The notes under the pieces: generated by a model | Databases searched by the model: none | What the model was told of the DNA's origin: nothing | What the model saw: the letters and a program-made list of their open reading frames with translations, nothing else | In this document: positions 20,102 to 30,579 of the stretch, one piece after another | Numbering within the stretch: the stretch's first letter is position 1 | How the letters are laid out: each line of letters begins with the position of its first letter | Program-made: the position numbers and the translations under genes | DNA from: Candidatus Aenigmatarchaeota archaeon | GTDB taxonomy: Archaea > Aenigmatarchaeota > Aenigmatarchaeia > GW2011-AR5 > JAHLMP01 | Assembly: GCA_039091735.1 (NCBI GenBank) | Contig: JAWCLB010000001.1 | Coordinates: forward strand, 721 to 64,720 | Length of the DNA: 64,000 bases | Direction: 5' to 3'

Positions 20102-22858
20102 TTAGAAAGTTTGTTGTCTCCAATACTTATGAGTTCTGGCAAACGACTTTTCTGCATCAAAAATATATTTCAGTAGCTGGTCCTCATCTTTTGGCAATTT
20201 TGCAAGAATCCTTGCAGCAGTTTCAACACCTATGCCTCTCCCAGCCTGGACCATTGCATATTTTTTGCCATATGTTATCATTAGTGATGCTGACCTTCGA
20301 AGGGTTTTGATGTATTTCTTCTCTTCTTTTGTTGGCTTCTTTAGTAATCTTAATGGGTCTTCTTTGGGCTTGTTGAAAATTCCCAATAACCTAGAATGAC
20401 ATTTTGGACACATTGGCTGGTCTTCCATATCCCTTACTTCTATGCTTATAGAATAATCACAACAATTAACACAAACCAATCTTAACCTAGTGCTCATTAG
20501 TCTCTTTTTGAAAGCCTCAAAAATTTCTCTTTCTGGTTTTTTTGGCTTTATTGCATCAAAAAATTGCCTTTTCAGACCATTTTCACCAAGCGGGCTTAAT
20601 CCGTTTTCAATCACTATTTTTATCTTTCCGCTACTTATTTTATGTAGGATTTCTTTCGTGGTTTTAATATCCATCTTTTCAAGAAATATTGTTCTCATGG
20701 TTTCTTCATATAACGGTGTATCAAGGTACTGTGATATAATTTTACTTATTCTTATGTTCTCTAAGCTTGCATCTTTTGATATAACCCCAAATCTCTTGGC
20801 TATATACAAAAACTGCCACTTAAATAAGGAGCTTCTCTCCATGGCAACTTCTATTGTCTTTTCGATGTCTTCAGCATTGAGCAAAATCTTTTTTATATTT
20901 TCTGGGCTACTAAGCGTCTGGAGTATTATTCTATATGCATCTGTTTTAAGGTTGACCGATGCCCCTGTCTCCATTGTAAGCCTGGCCGCAAGATATTTTC
21001 CAATAGTATTATTAACTAATGTACCATAGCAAGAATGTAAGATAATGAAATCTCTGTAATTCTCTATTAAGATTGTTTCATGGTCAGGTATTATATGCCT
21101 TTTACTCTGCCTTCTAATTAAATTAATGATGCTCTTGGCACTATTTTCATCTATGGGATATTTATCCATCAGATAGTCAATATTTTTTATATTTTCGTAT
21201 ACCTCTCTTCTCATCTTTCCAACATCTTGCGCTACTAAAAAAGATACAGGTATTAATTCACCCTCCCAAGCAGGGATTGCTGATTCTATATCTTCTACTG
21301 GCTCTACCAAAACTTTGTTGCTTTCGATTTGGACAATCTTCCAAGCCCGGCCACTACATATAAACGTATTACCAAGTTCGCCGTGTTCAGCTACAAAGCC
21401 CTCATCCAAAAAACCGATAGCCTCATTGTTTATCATGTTTATAACTTTTATCTTCTTAACATCAGGTATCGATGAAAGGTTTTCATAATAATATTGCCAA
21501 CTTTTTCTATTTCTCCTTAGTTCGCCGTTATCTGTAAGCCATATCAATCTTATATTCTTCAAAAATCCCAACAAATCTAAAAATTTTTCCTTTGATAAAT
21601 TTCTATATGGATATGCATTTTTTATTATATTGAAAGCCTCATCGATTGAAATATTATATTTATCTAAACTCAGGCCAATTATCTGATTAGCCAAAATGTC
21701 AAGTGCTAAGTCGTGAATATTTATTTTTTCTATCTCTTTTTCCATGGCACGCCTCGCTATAACAGCTGACTCGAAAACATCCTCTTCATCACTTATTATT
21801 ATACCTTTACTGGTCTCACCAACCCTATGTCCACTTCTTCCAACCCTCTGAATAAATCTACCTATGCGGCGTGGAGATAAGTATTGAATAACAAGGTCTA
21901 TGCTTCCGATATCTATACCAAGCTCTAAGGAAGATGTAGCAATAAGGGCCCTAAGCATATCCTTCTTAAACATTTGTTCGCTCTTTATCCTCAAACTCTT
22001 AGATAATGATCCATGATGAACATCAATAGCAAATTCTTTGTCGAGTAATTTAAAACGGCTTGCTAGAACCTCTGCAGTCTCTCTTGTATTTGTGAATATT
22101 AATGTATTTTTGTGCCTGTCAACAAGCTCCTTTATTCTTAATAATCTAGCTTCTGTATCCTCGCTCATAAACTCTGCTAGTTTTCCTGGTTTTGTCTTCG
22201 GGAGCTCAACACTTATCTCATATTTTTTTGCAGTTTCTGCATTTACAATACTCACATTTCTTCCAATAAATTGAGCGACCTTTTTAGGCTCACCTATGGT
22301 AGCAGAAAGACCAATCCTCTGAAAATCACCAGCAATAACTTTAAGCCTTTCTAATAATATAGATAGCTGAACGCCCCTTTTATTCTCAACCAACTCGTGA
22401 ACCTCATCAATCACCACATGTTTAACATTTCGTAGATGCTCTCTGATCTTTTTTCCCGGAAGGATTGCGGCCAGGGTTTCTGGTGTGGTTATTAATAAAT
22501 GGCTTGGAAATTCGCGCTGTTCAGCCCTCTCTCTTTGAGTTGTGTCTCCGTGCCTCACACTTATATCTAAATCGAGTTTATCTGCCCACCAAAATAACCT
22601 TTCTAACAAGTCTCTGTTCAGAGCACGCATAGGAGTAATATAAAGAATTGCTATTGGTTTATTCCTATCATGATATATCTTGTCAAACAATGGCAGAATG
22701 CAGGCCTCAGTCTTTCCTATTCCAGTCGGAGCAATAATAAGCACACTTTTACCGCTCAATATCTCTGGTATGCCTAAACGTTGGGGTAGGGTTGGCTCCA
22801 AAAACCCCTTCTCTTTAATCAGTGATTGCATTTTATCGCTAAAAAGCTCGAATACCAC
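20102..22858 (-). CDS. lhr: Lhr-family SF2 helicase
   Basis: APTGIGKT, TTPETL, DEVHE, HHGSLS, SLELGIDIG, QRVGRSGH, C-terminal Cys pairs; likely GTG start 5 nt after GTGA. Confidence 0.92.
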   Translation of the reverse strand: MVFELFSDKMQSLIKEKGFLEPTLPQRLGIPEILSGKSVLIIAPTGIGKTEACILPLFDKIYHDRNKPIAILYITPMRALNRDLLERLFWWADKLDLDISVRHGDTTQRERAEQREFPSHLLITTPETLAAILPGKKIREHLRNVKHVVIDEVHELVENKRGVQLSILLERLKVIAGDFQRIGLSATIGEPKKVAQFIGRNVSIVNAETAKKYEISVELPKTKPGKLAEFMSEDTEARLLRIKELVDRHKNTLIFTNTRETAEVLASRFKLLDKEFAIDVHHGSLSKSLRIKSEQMFKKDMLRALIATSSLELGIDIGSIDLVIQYLSPRRIGRFIQRVGRSGHRVGETSKGIIISDEEDVFESAVIARRAMEKEIEKINIHDLALDILANQIIGLSLDKYNISIDEAFNIIKNAYPYRNLSKEKFLDLLGFLKNIRLIWLTDNGELRRNRKSWQYYYENLSSIPDVKKIKVINMINNEAIGFLDEGFVAEHGELGNTFICSGRAWKIVQIESNKVLVEPVEDIESAIPAWEGELIPVSFLVAQDVGKMRREVYENIKNIDYLMDKYPIDENSAKSIINLIRRQSKRHIIPDHETILIENYRDFIILHSCYGTLVNNTIGKYLAARLTMETGASVNLKTDAYRIILQTLSSPENIKKILLNAEDIEKTIEVAMERSSLFKWQFLYIAKRFGVISKDASLENIRISKIISQYLDTPLYEETMRTIFLEKMDIKTTKEILHKISSGKIKIVIENGLSPLGENGLKRQFFDAIKPKKPEREIFEAFKKRLMSTRLRLVCVNCCDYSISIEVRDMEDQPMCPKCHSRLLGIFNKPKEDPLRLLKKPTKEEKKYIKTLRRSASLMITYGKKYAMVQAGRGIGVETAARILAKLPKDEDQLLKYIFDAEKSFARTHKYWRQQTF

Positions 22859-22863
22859 TTCTA

Positions 22864-23517
22864 TCACAACTCCTTGGCTATCCCAAGATAAGTGCCATCT
22901 AATAAATATACATGTATCTTATTTTTTTCGAGATTTTTTGCTATTGGTCCTAATAAATCATCCTGATTTATTATAGTTGCACCGCAAAGCTCATTAAAAG
23001 CAGGCATTATTATAATCTCTTTTCTATCAAGATAATGTAACCATACAGGCTCAAAATAGACTGCACCTAAATTATCTTTGATTCTTATAAATGGATGTGA
23101 ATGACCAATAATCATCTTTTCGTTTTCCATTTTCATATGACCATGAGTCAAAAAATATTTTCCAATTTTAACATATTTCCTGACTTTTATGCCCTTTGGT
23201 ATCATCTTTTCGATGTTGCCATCGTGGTTTCCCTTTATAATAGTTATTTTATTGAACTTTAATTTTGAGAAGAATTCTGGAATCTCACCAAATTCTTGCC
23301 CTGATACTCCTGGGATATTATGTTTAACGTCGCCAAGTATTATAAGTTCTTTGGTCTTTGTCATTCTTTTTAGCCTATTTATCCTATCTGACATAGGCTT
23401 TGCCTGAGAGGGAATAAAGATTCCTGACTTTTGAAACTCTTTTGTTATACCTAAGTGCAAATCAGATATTATAAGGAACCTGTCAATAATCATGGCGGCA
23501 TAGTTTCTGATGAACAT
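22864..23517 (-). CDS. Metallophosphoesterase associated with Lhr
   Basis: SDLHLG, LGDVKH, GNHD, HGH, GHSHP, MPAFN. Confidence 0.88.
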   Translation of the reverse strand: MFIRNYAAMIIDRFLIISDLHLGITKEFQKSGIFIPSQAKPMSDRINRLKRMTKTKELIILGDVKHNIPGVSGQEFGEIPEFFSKLKFNKITIIKGNHDGNIEKMIPKGIKVRKYVKIGKYFLTHGHMKMENEKMIIGHSHPFIRIKDNLGAVYFEPVWLHYLDRKEIIIMPAFNELCGATIINQDDLLGPIAKNLEKNKIHVYLLDGTYLGIAKEL

Positions 23518-24135
23518 ACTATGAATAAGAGAATAAAATTTAATAATATGTTGCCTTTCTTCAAATTATCAAATCTAGATGGAAAAGAGGTTAGAGTAAA
23601 GTGAAGCCAGAAGAATTTTGGGTAAAGAAGTGAAGATAATCTAGGCAGAATCAGAAAATGTAGTACAAGCGATAGGAATCCTTGAAAACACAAACTCTCT
23701 ATACATCTACGTAAGAACTCCTACTAATCTCTTAGCTATTCCTCAAGCTATGGTATTAAAAGTGAAGATACCTTTGACTTCTTGTAAAGATGGTGAATAG
23801 AAAATGGAAGAAGAGATAAAACACCAAGTCCAGAATAGTACAGCAATCAGAGAGCATAAAGTTATCTTCAGTAATCCTGAGTAATATAAGCGATATCAAA
23901 GAATCTAAGAAAGGTTTGGTTGAGTTAGAAAAGATAAGGGCACATTCTCCAGAAAGGGGTATAAACAGTTATAAACCAAGAAATTCCTTAAATAAAAAGA
24001 TCGATAAACAAGTAAACATAGGCATTACTAAGCTGGGTATAGATGTGGCGAGATATGCAAAATCAAGGATAGAAGCATTTTATAAAGAGCGATGAAATAA
24101 TTAGTTTAATATATCAAGCCAGTAAACGAAGCGAT

Positions 24136-24795
24136 TCAAACTACTTTCATCACTTTATATAACATCTTTTCTAATTTCATTAACTTTCTTTGATAGGAGG
24201 GGGTAGCAAGGTTTATGCTATCTTCTAGAGCTTCTCTTTGGATATCAGATATATGGCTATATAAATCAGTAATCATATCTAACCTTGCAAAAAATCGCTC
24301 TCTGTCAAACTCTTTCCCATATCCCAGATTAAGCAATATTTTATCTGAGATTGACTTAAATCCTTCCAATCTTTTATCCCTTTTAACTTCTTCTTCGTTT
24401 CTAGGATCGTCTGCTGATAAGCATTCTATGTAATATTCCTCTCCAAAAATTTTTCTAGCATCAGAACTTAACCTTGGAATATGCCAATAGCTTGAAACTG
24501 GATATACTTTATCTACAGGTTCTAGATGAGCAAGAAGAGAAAGCAACATCTTACAATAATAAAGGTTAGACAGTGTACTATAAGAAAATGGTTCTATCAT
24601 AATTTTTTCTCTATCAACGCCTTTATTCAGTATATAAGAGGTAATTGGGTCTGCCTCATTTTCTCCACAAACTATGAGCTTATCTATTATAGAGTTGCCA
24701 CATGCCCCAATTGCTATGTCAGCCCTTGCTTTTGTATGTAACTGTAAGCTTCCGTCTGGATTAATACCAGCGCCATGAACTATTCCTATTTTCAT
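24136..24795 (-). CDS. YdcF/DUF218-like protein
   Basis: IVHGAG, EA, IEPFSYSTLSN, VSSYWHIPR motifs. Confidence 0.7.
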   Translation of the reverse strand: MKIGIVHGAGINPDGSLQLHTKARADIAIGACGNSIIDKLIVCGENEADPITSYILNKGVDREKIMIEPFSYSTLSNLYYCKMLLSLLAHLEPVDKVYPVSSYWHIPRLSSDARKIFGEEYYIECLSADDPRNEEEVKRDKRLEGFKSISDKILLNLGYGKEFDRERFFARLDMITDLYSHISDIQREALEDSINLATPSYQRKLMKLEKMLYKVMKVV

Positions 24796-25248
24796 GATAT
24801 TGTACAAAATCGTAAAAGATTTAAATAAATTTATCCTGCTTCTGGTCCATAATCACAGAGATATTATCCAAACAGAAAATTCAGGAACAGCTACTTGATA
24901 TCCTGTAATAGAGGATTATTGTTCAACTAAATAAATCTTCTTTGTAAAGAAGAAGCAAAGATTAAACCAATAACTGATAATACAACTAATGCCAAAGTAC
25001 TATGCCTCTCTTATGAAATTCCAAATTTCTTTTAATATTTCTTCCATTATTTACTAGGCATATATTTCTCTTAAATGACTTTATTGTACTTTGCCTCTTA
25101 TCATAATAGAATATAAAAGGTCGTCTAATCAATTTCAGAATAGTTTGGTTTAATATCATCTATGCAAATACAATAAACCCTTTGTATCTCTCAGACTTGA
25201 CATAACCCCGGTTAGAGAAAGTTCTCCTTAGCCAATTTTCAATCTCAT

Positions 25249-25560
25249 CTACAGATAAACCATTTCTCTCCTTAATTCTTCATAGGTAAAAACTCTAGTA
25301 GAAGTTATTATCAGCTTTAAGCTTTCTCTTACTGAAGGAGAACATAGGTTAAACAACTTAACATTTATCTTCTTCCAATCCTTTAACAAAGAGTAAATAT
25401 AACCATAAGTACTGGCTAAACAAGAGCTTCTAGTCAAATAACCTTTCTTATAAAGATGACAAAGATTATTTTGTACATATTTTCTTTTCAGTTCAGTATT
25501 AGCACTTAGTGAATTAGATATTTCAAGAGAACTCAAAGGACCTCTTTCTTTTAACAGCAA
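25249..25560 (-). pseudogene. Winged-helix DNA-binding protein fragment
   Basis: LLKERGPLSSLEISNSL..NNLCHLYKKGYL resembles a wHTH; no good start; flanked by broken coding-like DNA next to the tRNA-Pro 3' end. Confidence 0.4.
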
Positions 25561-25636
25561 AATTATCCTCTTAGACAGATCAGACCTTACTCTTCTTAGA
25601 ATATCTTTAACAGTAAGGCTGTTATGGAAGTTATTA

Positions 25637-25725
25637 TGGGGTTGCCCGGATTTGAACCGGGGTCAGGAGCTCTTTTTCTTTATGACCCAAAGCTCCGATG
25701 CTAAACCAAACTACACCACAACCCC
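25637..25725 (-). tRNA. tRNA-Pro(TGG) with a 14-nt canonical intron (+ coordinates 25672-25685)
   Basis: GGGGTTG/CAACCCC-A; GGAGC-TTTGGG[TCATAAAGAAAAAG]A-GCTCC; CCCGG-TTCAAAT-CCGGG. Confidence 0.92.
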
Positions 25726-25775
25726 TAACTAAATATTTTGTGGGTATTTTTAAGTTTTACTTGAATTAAGAATTC

Positions 25776-26372
25776 TTAAGATTTCTCCTTTGGTTCTATG
25801 AAGTCTTCTAACTTTAATTTGAATTCCTCGTCGCTCTTTATTTCATTTCTGAGTTTTAGAACCTCTCTTGTAAGCAAATAAAAAATAAAGGCAACTGCCT
25901 TCTTTCCCTTATTATTGCATGGTATAACTAAATCTATAAACGAAGTTTGATTAAAGGTATTACATAAGGCGATTATCGGTACTCTTATTTTTATAGCCTC
26001 TTTTAATCCTTGTTTATCAATGAACGGGTCAAGCAACAAAACTACATCTGGTTCGAAAAAATTTTCATAGTTTGGATTTGTCAAAGAGCCTGGCATAAAT
26101 CTTCCTATTATTGCTTTGGCATTAATAGAAGATGCAAACCTCTCAATTGGTCTTTTTATTTTTCTGCTTATGACCAAAACATTCTCTTTAGATGCTATCA
26201 TGCGTGAGGCAGCTCTTATCCTCTCGTCTAATATACCCAAATTCAAAACTGTCAAGCCATTTGCCAATGTTCTGTAAATAAATCTCTCCATGTCTTTTGT
26301 CTTTGTCGGCATTCCTATATGTACACCATTTTCAAGGTATCTCTCTTTCTGAACTAGTAATTCATCTCCCAC
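25776..26372 (-). CDS. rps2: 30S ribosomal protein uS2
   Basis: YLENGVHIG, GRFMPGSLTNP, IPCNNKG. Confidence 0.95.
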   Translation of the reverse strand: MGDELLVQKERYLENGVHIGMPTKTKDMERFIYRTLANGLTVLNLGILDERIRAASRMIASKENVLVISRKIKRPIERFASSINAKAIIGRFMPGSLTNPNYENFFEPDVVLLLDPFIDKQGLKEAIKIRVPIIALCNTFNQTSFIDLVIPCNNKGKKAVAFIFYLLTREVLKLRNEIKSDEEFKLKLEDFIEPKEKS

Positions 26373-27501
26373 AAAATTCACCTTTATTAAAAGTTAGTGG
26401 CCTCATTTCAGGATTATTAATTTGCATCCAAAGCCTTATAAGCTCATTACATCTTGCTGTATCGATTCCTGCGACGCTAAATTTAGCCATATCCGAAAAT
26501 AAGGCTAACCTCGCCTCGCTGGGGCAGCATGTCTTGGTTGAGCGATGACTCACAATAGGTACAATCCTATTCTTTCTTGAAAACTCTATTATATCCATGC
26601 ATTCAGTTACAGTACCTGCCTGATTGGGTTTTATAATTACAGCGTTTATGAAGCTCGCTCTTTTTAACCTCTCTATTTGAGTTGAGATAATATCATCACC
26701 ACATATTAAAGCCTTTGTCTTTTTTTCTAATTCTTTAAATCCAGAAAAATCGTTTTCCTCTAATGGGTCTTCTATATATACCAAATCATAATTCCTTGCT
26801 AATTCTATAACATAATCTATCTGTTCTTCTCTCGAAAGTTTCTTATCATGATACACATATTTGCCGTTTCTGAAGATAGAAGAGGCTGCAAAATCTATTC
26901 CTATCTTAGCATTATAATTACTGGCTATTTTGCTTACTATCTCTAATGCCTCTTCGTTTGTGATGTCTGAAAGCCAGGCGCACTCTGGGTTAAGTCCTCT
27001 AAGTATACCCTTTTTATTTAGTTCTGCACGCACAGAGTGCCATATCTCAACGCCTCTATCAACTGAATCAAATATATTTTTTTCTGTCGGAATTACCAAA
27101 AATTCCTGAATCTCTGGTTTATTGTGAAAAGAATGGGCACCACCACCTAGAACATTTATAAGGAGGTTTGGGAAGAACTTTATTTCATTAATCCTTTCTT
27201 GAAACTCTAATGAAAAAAAGGCTAAGGATAGAGATGTGGTTAATAGCGAACCCAAGGCATTGATATTCTTTTTCAATAAAGAATCGAATTCTCTTTGGGA
27301 AAAGTCTCCTATGAACGAATCCTTAATCCTGCTGAAATTCTTGATTGCCTCCTCTGGCATTATAACTCTGGCCTCATGATGACTCTTGCTTATTCCGCCT
27401 GAGCTACTTGCTGGAAAGCTCTTGTTTATTACAGCCTCTATAGTTTTCTCTCCAAAAGAGTTGAAAATTATCCTCAAATCGATATTATTAACTTTAGTCA
27501 T
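26362..27501 (-). CDS. eno: Enolase (divergent, short)
   Basis: NVLGGGAH, QEFLV, GIDFAAS, YIEDP, GDD, IKPNQAGT, VSHRS; rpoK-eno-rps2 order. Confidence 0.85.
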   Translation of the reverse strand: MTKVNNIDLRIIFNSFGEKTIEAVINKSFPASSSGGISKSHHEARVIMPEEAIKNFSRIKDSFIGDFSQREFDSLLKKNINALGSLLTTSLSLAFFSLEFQERINEIKFFPNLLINVLGGGAHSFHNKPEIQEFLVIPTEKNIFDSVDRGVEIWHSVRAELNKKGILRGLNPECAWLSDITNEEALEIVSKIASNYNAKIGIDFAASSIFRNGKYVYHDKKLSREEQIDYVIELARNYDLVYIEDPLEENDFSGFKELEKKTKALICGDDIISTQIERLKRASFINAVIIKPNQAGTVTECMDIIEFSRKNRIVPIVSHRSTKTCCPSEARLALFSDMAKFSVAGIDTARCNELIRLWMQINNPEMRPLTFNKGEFCGR

Positions 27502-27502
27502 G

Positions 27503-27667
27503 CTAACCTCTCTTAACAGTTATTGGTATTAGCCCCTTTTCAAATTCCAACTTTGCTATCTCGCCTGGATCAGACGAATTAGTCTTAATAAGCGGAGGTG
27601 CACCTGCAGCTATCTGCAGAGCCCTTGCTGAAATTATCCTAGCTTTCTCAAACCTTGTGAACGTCAT
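27503..27667 (-). CDS. rpoK: RNA polymerase subunit Rpo6/K (54 aa, not in the ORF track)
   Basis: Manual translation [41 protein letters not shown]. Confidence 0.95.
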   Translation of the reverse strand: MTFTRFEKARIISARALQIAAGAPPLIKTNSSDPGEIAKLEFEKGLIPITVKRG

Positions 27668-27705
27668 ATCATGTTATATAAGTTTTAAACTTTAATAACT
27701 TATTT

Positions 27706-28413
27706 ATGATAGTTGCTGTCATACCTGCCTACAATGAAGAAAAAACTATCGCTGACGTTGTGAAAAAAACCAAGAGGTATGTAGATAAGGTTATAGTAAT
27801 TAATGATGGTTCAGACGATAAAACCCTAGAACTGGCAAGAAACTCTGGAGCTTATGTTATTAATCATAAAAAAAATCTAGGTTTGGGTAAAAGTTTGAGG
27901 GATGGCTTTAAGCAAAGCATAAAAATGAATGCAGATATCATAATTACCCTCGATTCTGATGGACAACATGACCCAAATGATATACCGAAATTCATAAAGG
28001 CGATCAGAAATGGCTATGATTTTGTGCTTGGCAAGAGAAACCTATCTTCATATCCACTAATTAAGAAAATAGGCAACTTGTTTCTAAATTTTATGACAAA
28101 CCTTATCTCTGGAACCACAATTAGCGATACAGAATCAGGATTCAGGGCATATACTAATCGTGCTTTAAAGAAGGTTTATCCATATCTGAAGGCAGATGGC
28201 TACGAGATTGCCTCTGAAATAATTTTTGCAGCAGGGTATTATAATCTAAAATATACAAATGTTGACATTTCTTCATATAAGTATGTCAAGGGCGTAACGA
28301 TAAAGGACGGGATAAGAAACTTTGCATATATGCTACGAAGAAGAAAAAGGAATCTGATAGATTATATAAAAGACTTTAAGTATGTTGTAAGAAAATGGTT
28401 GTGCAGATATTGA
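27706..28413 (+). CDS. Glycosyltransferase family 2 (DPM1-like)
   Basis: VIPAYNEE, NDGSDD, DSDGQHDP, DTESGFRA. Confidence 0.9.
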   Translation: MIVAVIPAYNEEKTIADVVKKTKRYVDKVIVINDGSDDKTLELARNSGAYVINHKKNLGLGKSLRDGFKQSIKMNADIIITLDSDGQHDPNDIPKFIKAIRNGYDFVLGKRNLSSYPLIKKIGNLFLNFMTNLISGTTISDTESGFRAYTNRALKKVYPYLKADGYEIASEIIFAAGYYNLKYTNVDISSYKYVKGVTIKDGIRNFAYMLRRRKRNLIDYIKDFKYVVRKWLCRY

Positions 28414-28495
28414 TAAGAAAAATATATTTTTGTGAATTGCTTCTCTATTTCTTGTTTCATGCCACTTTTAATATATTCACAACAAATTTTATAGG

Positions 28496-29164
28496 ATGAA
28501 GGACAGGACACTACAAATCTTGGATTTGCTGACGAAAAAATATAAAATATGCCAAGGAGAAAGTAGAATTATAGGAGCAAATATAATAAGAGACCCATTC
28601 AAAACTCTTGTTATGGGTATTCTCTCTCAGAATACGAGCGACAGAAATTCAACAAAGGCTTATCTTAGTCTTCTTAAAAGGATTGGAGAGATTTCACCAA
28701 AAATTCTGGAGAAAACAAAAGAAAGTGAGATAAGAAGAGCGATTAAGCCAGGTGGGTTATATAACATAAAAGCAAAAAGGATTAAACAGCTAGCAAAAAA
28801 TGTGCTCAAAGGGTTTGGTGGAGACTTAAGTATACTGCTAAATTATGAACCTAATAAATTAAGAGAAGAGCTTATGAAATTTGAAGGAGTAGGTAATAAA
28901 ACAGCAGATATCTTTTTAGCTTATTCTAAAGGCTGTGGAGTTATACCAATAGATACAAATGTGGCAAGGGTTGTAAAAAGATTGGGGCTTGTTGAGAAAA
29001 CTGCAAACTATAAAGAGATGCAAAAGGTATTACATAATCTCATACCATACAAAAAGAGAATAATAGCACATGAAATGTTCAAATTTTTGGGTCAAAATTT
29101 TTGTAAGGCAAAGAATAAGAGATGTGAAATCTGCCCAGTCAAAGGATTATGTTTTAAAAATTAA
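28496..29164 (+). CDS. nth: Endonuclease III (HhH-GPD, Fe-S)
   Basis: ILSQNTSD, GVGNKTAD, PIDTNV, C-x6-C-x2-C-x5-C. Confidence 0.9.
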   Translation: MKDRTLQILDLLTKKYKICQGESRIIGANIIRDPFKTLVMGILSQNTSDRNSTKAYLSLLKRIGEISPKILEKTKESEIRRAIKPGGLYNIKAKRIKQLAKNVLKGFGGDLSILLNYEPNKLREELMKFEGVGNKTADIFLAYSKGCGVIPIDTNVARVVKRLGLVEKTANYKEMQKVLHNLIPYKKRIIAHEMFKFLGQNFCKAKNKRCEICPVKGLCFKN

Positions 29165-29180
29165 TGGTATATAATTTATT

Positions 29181-29996
29181 ATGGCATTTTTTAGGACAAC
29201 TCTACTCTTGGGCTTACTTACAGGCATCCTGTTAGCAATAGGGTTTGCTTTTGCTGGAATCGAAGGTATGACGATTGCACTATTAATTGCTATTATAATC
29301 AACTTCTTTTCCTACTATTATTCAGACAAGATTGTCATAAGTATGTATCGTGCACGGCCAACTAAAGATGAAAAACTAAATAAGATCGTGAAGAAGCTGT
29401 CTGAAAATTCTGGTTTGCCCATGCCTAAAATATATATTGTAGATATGCGAATGCCAAACGCATTTGCCACAGGTAGAAACCCAAGACATGCAGCAGTTGT
29501 TGTGACGAGGGGATTAATAGAAAACTTGAACGAAGAGGAGATTGAGGGTGTTTTATCTCATGAACTAGCTCACATAAAAAATCATGATATCCTAGTTTCT
29601 ACTATTGCAGCGGTTGTGGCAGGAGCTATCACCTACTTGGCAGACATGGCTTGGTGGAGCATGCTAGGAAATAATAGACAAAGGGGTAGAGGTGTGCTTC
29701 TTCTTCCTCTCCTTATTTTAGCTCCGATATCGGCAATGTTAATTCGAATGGCAATCTCAAGGGGTAGAGAATTTGGCGCTGATTATACCGGAGCATTAAT
29801 ATCTAAAAATCCGCTGGGCTTAGCTAGTGCTTTAGAAAAGATTTCTTCTTTTGCAGAACAAAACACAATAAGGGGGAATTCAGCAACAAGCCATCTTTGG
29901 ATCGTAAATCCATTTAAGGACAGCTTTGCTAATCTATTTTCTACGCATCCGCCAACTAAGGAGAGAATTCGAAGACTAAGAGAGATGAAGATTTAG
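29181..29996 (+). CDS. htpX: Zinc metalloprotease HtpX
   Basis: PNAFATGR, HELAH, SRGREFGAD, FSTHPP. Confidence 0.95.
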   Translation: MAFFRTTLLLGLLTGILLAIGFAFAGIEGMTIALLIAIIINFFSYYYSDKIVISMYRARPTKDEKLNKIVKKLSENSGLPMPKIYIVDMRMPNAFATGRNPRHAAVVVTRGLIENLNEEEIEGVLSHELAHIKNHDILVSTIAAVVAGAITYLADMAWWSMLGNNRQRGRGVLLLPLLILAPISAMLIRMAISRGREFGADYTGALISKNPLGLASALEKISSFAEQNTIRGNSATSHLWIVNPFKDSFANLFSTHPPTKERIRRLREMKI

Positions 29997-30162
29997 CACA
30001 GAGACACATTCTCATAGTGGAGGCGTGATTTAAAAACGCAAGGGTTATAATTTATGTCTTGCGAGATAAGTGACTAGAAGCTCTGCAAAGCATCAAGAAT
30101 CATGTATATCAACCAAATTCTGCAAAACTTTAAAACTATTTGAAATATATAAATAGGTTAAA

Positions 30163-30414
30163 ATGAACAAAATAACAAGCTTAATTTGCTCAATAATAGG
30201 CATAGTCTTGGGTTATGTATCATTCATCTTAACAAAAATTACTGGCATACCAGCATTAAATGTATTGTTGCTAATATTTGTTATCTTCTTGACAAAAAAT
30301 ATATTACAGAGATTGCTTCAAGAGAAAAGGTCATGGAATTGGTGGTTTTCTAATGGCCTTACATTGCTAATAATTCTGTGGTTGGGTTTTTGGACAATAT
30401 TATTTAATCTATAG
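30163..30414 (+). CDS. Small three-helix membrane protein (possibly archaeal EMC6-like)
   Basis: Three hydrophobic segments; WWFSNG..WLGFWTILFN C-terminus. Confidence 0.6.
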   Translation: MNKITSLICSIIGIVLGYVSFILTKITGIPALNVLLLIFVIFLTKNILQRLLQEKRSWNWWFSNGLTLLIILWLGFWTILFNL

Positions 30415-30479
30415 TCTTTTTGTTAGTCTTGGTATATGAATGATATTCGCGTTCTTGGACAATATTATTTAATCTATAG
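30390..30479 (+). repeat. 25-bp exact direct repeat (30390-30414, 30455-30479) duplicating a gene 3' end
   Basis: TTGGACAATATTATTTAATCTATAG occurs twice, 40 nt apart. Confidence 0.9.
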
Positions 30480-30579
30480 AAGCTGTTCTTATGATATAAC
30501 AGAAAGATTACAGAGAGTTTACATCTTTGTATTTATAAGCTATTAAATATAGAAAATTTAACAAAGGTTGGGAGGTATT

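Noticed and set aside
30390..30479. CRISPR mini-array (25-nt repeat, 40-nt spacer)
   Set aside because: Only two copies, the first is coding sequence, and there are no cas genes in the window.
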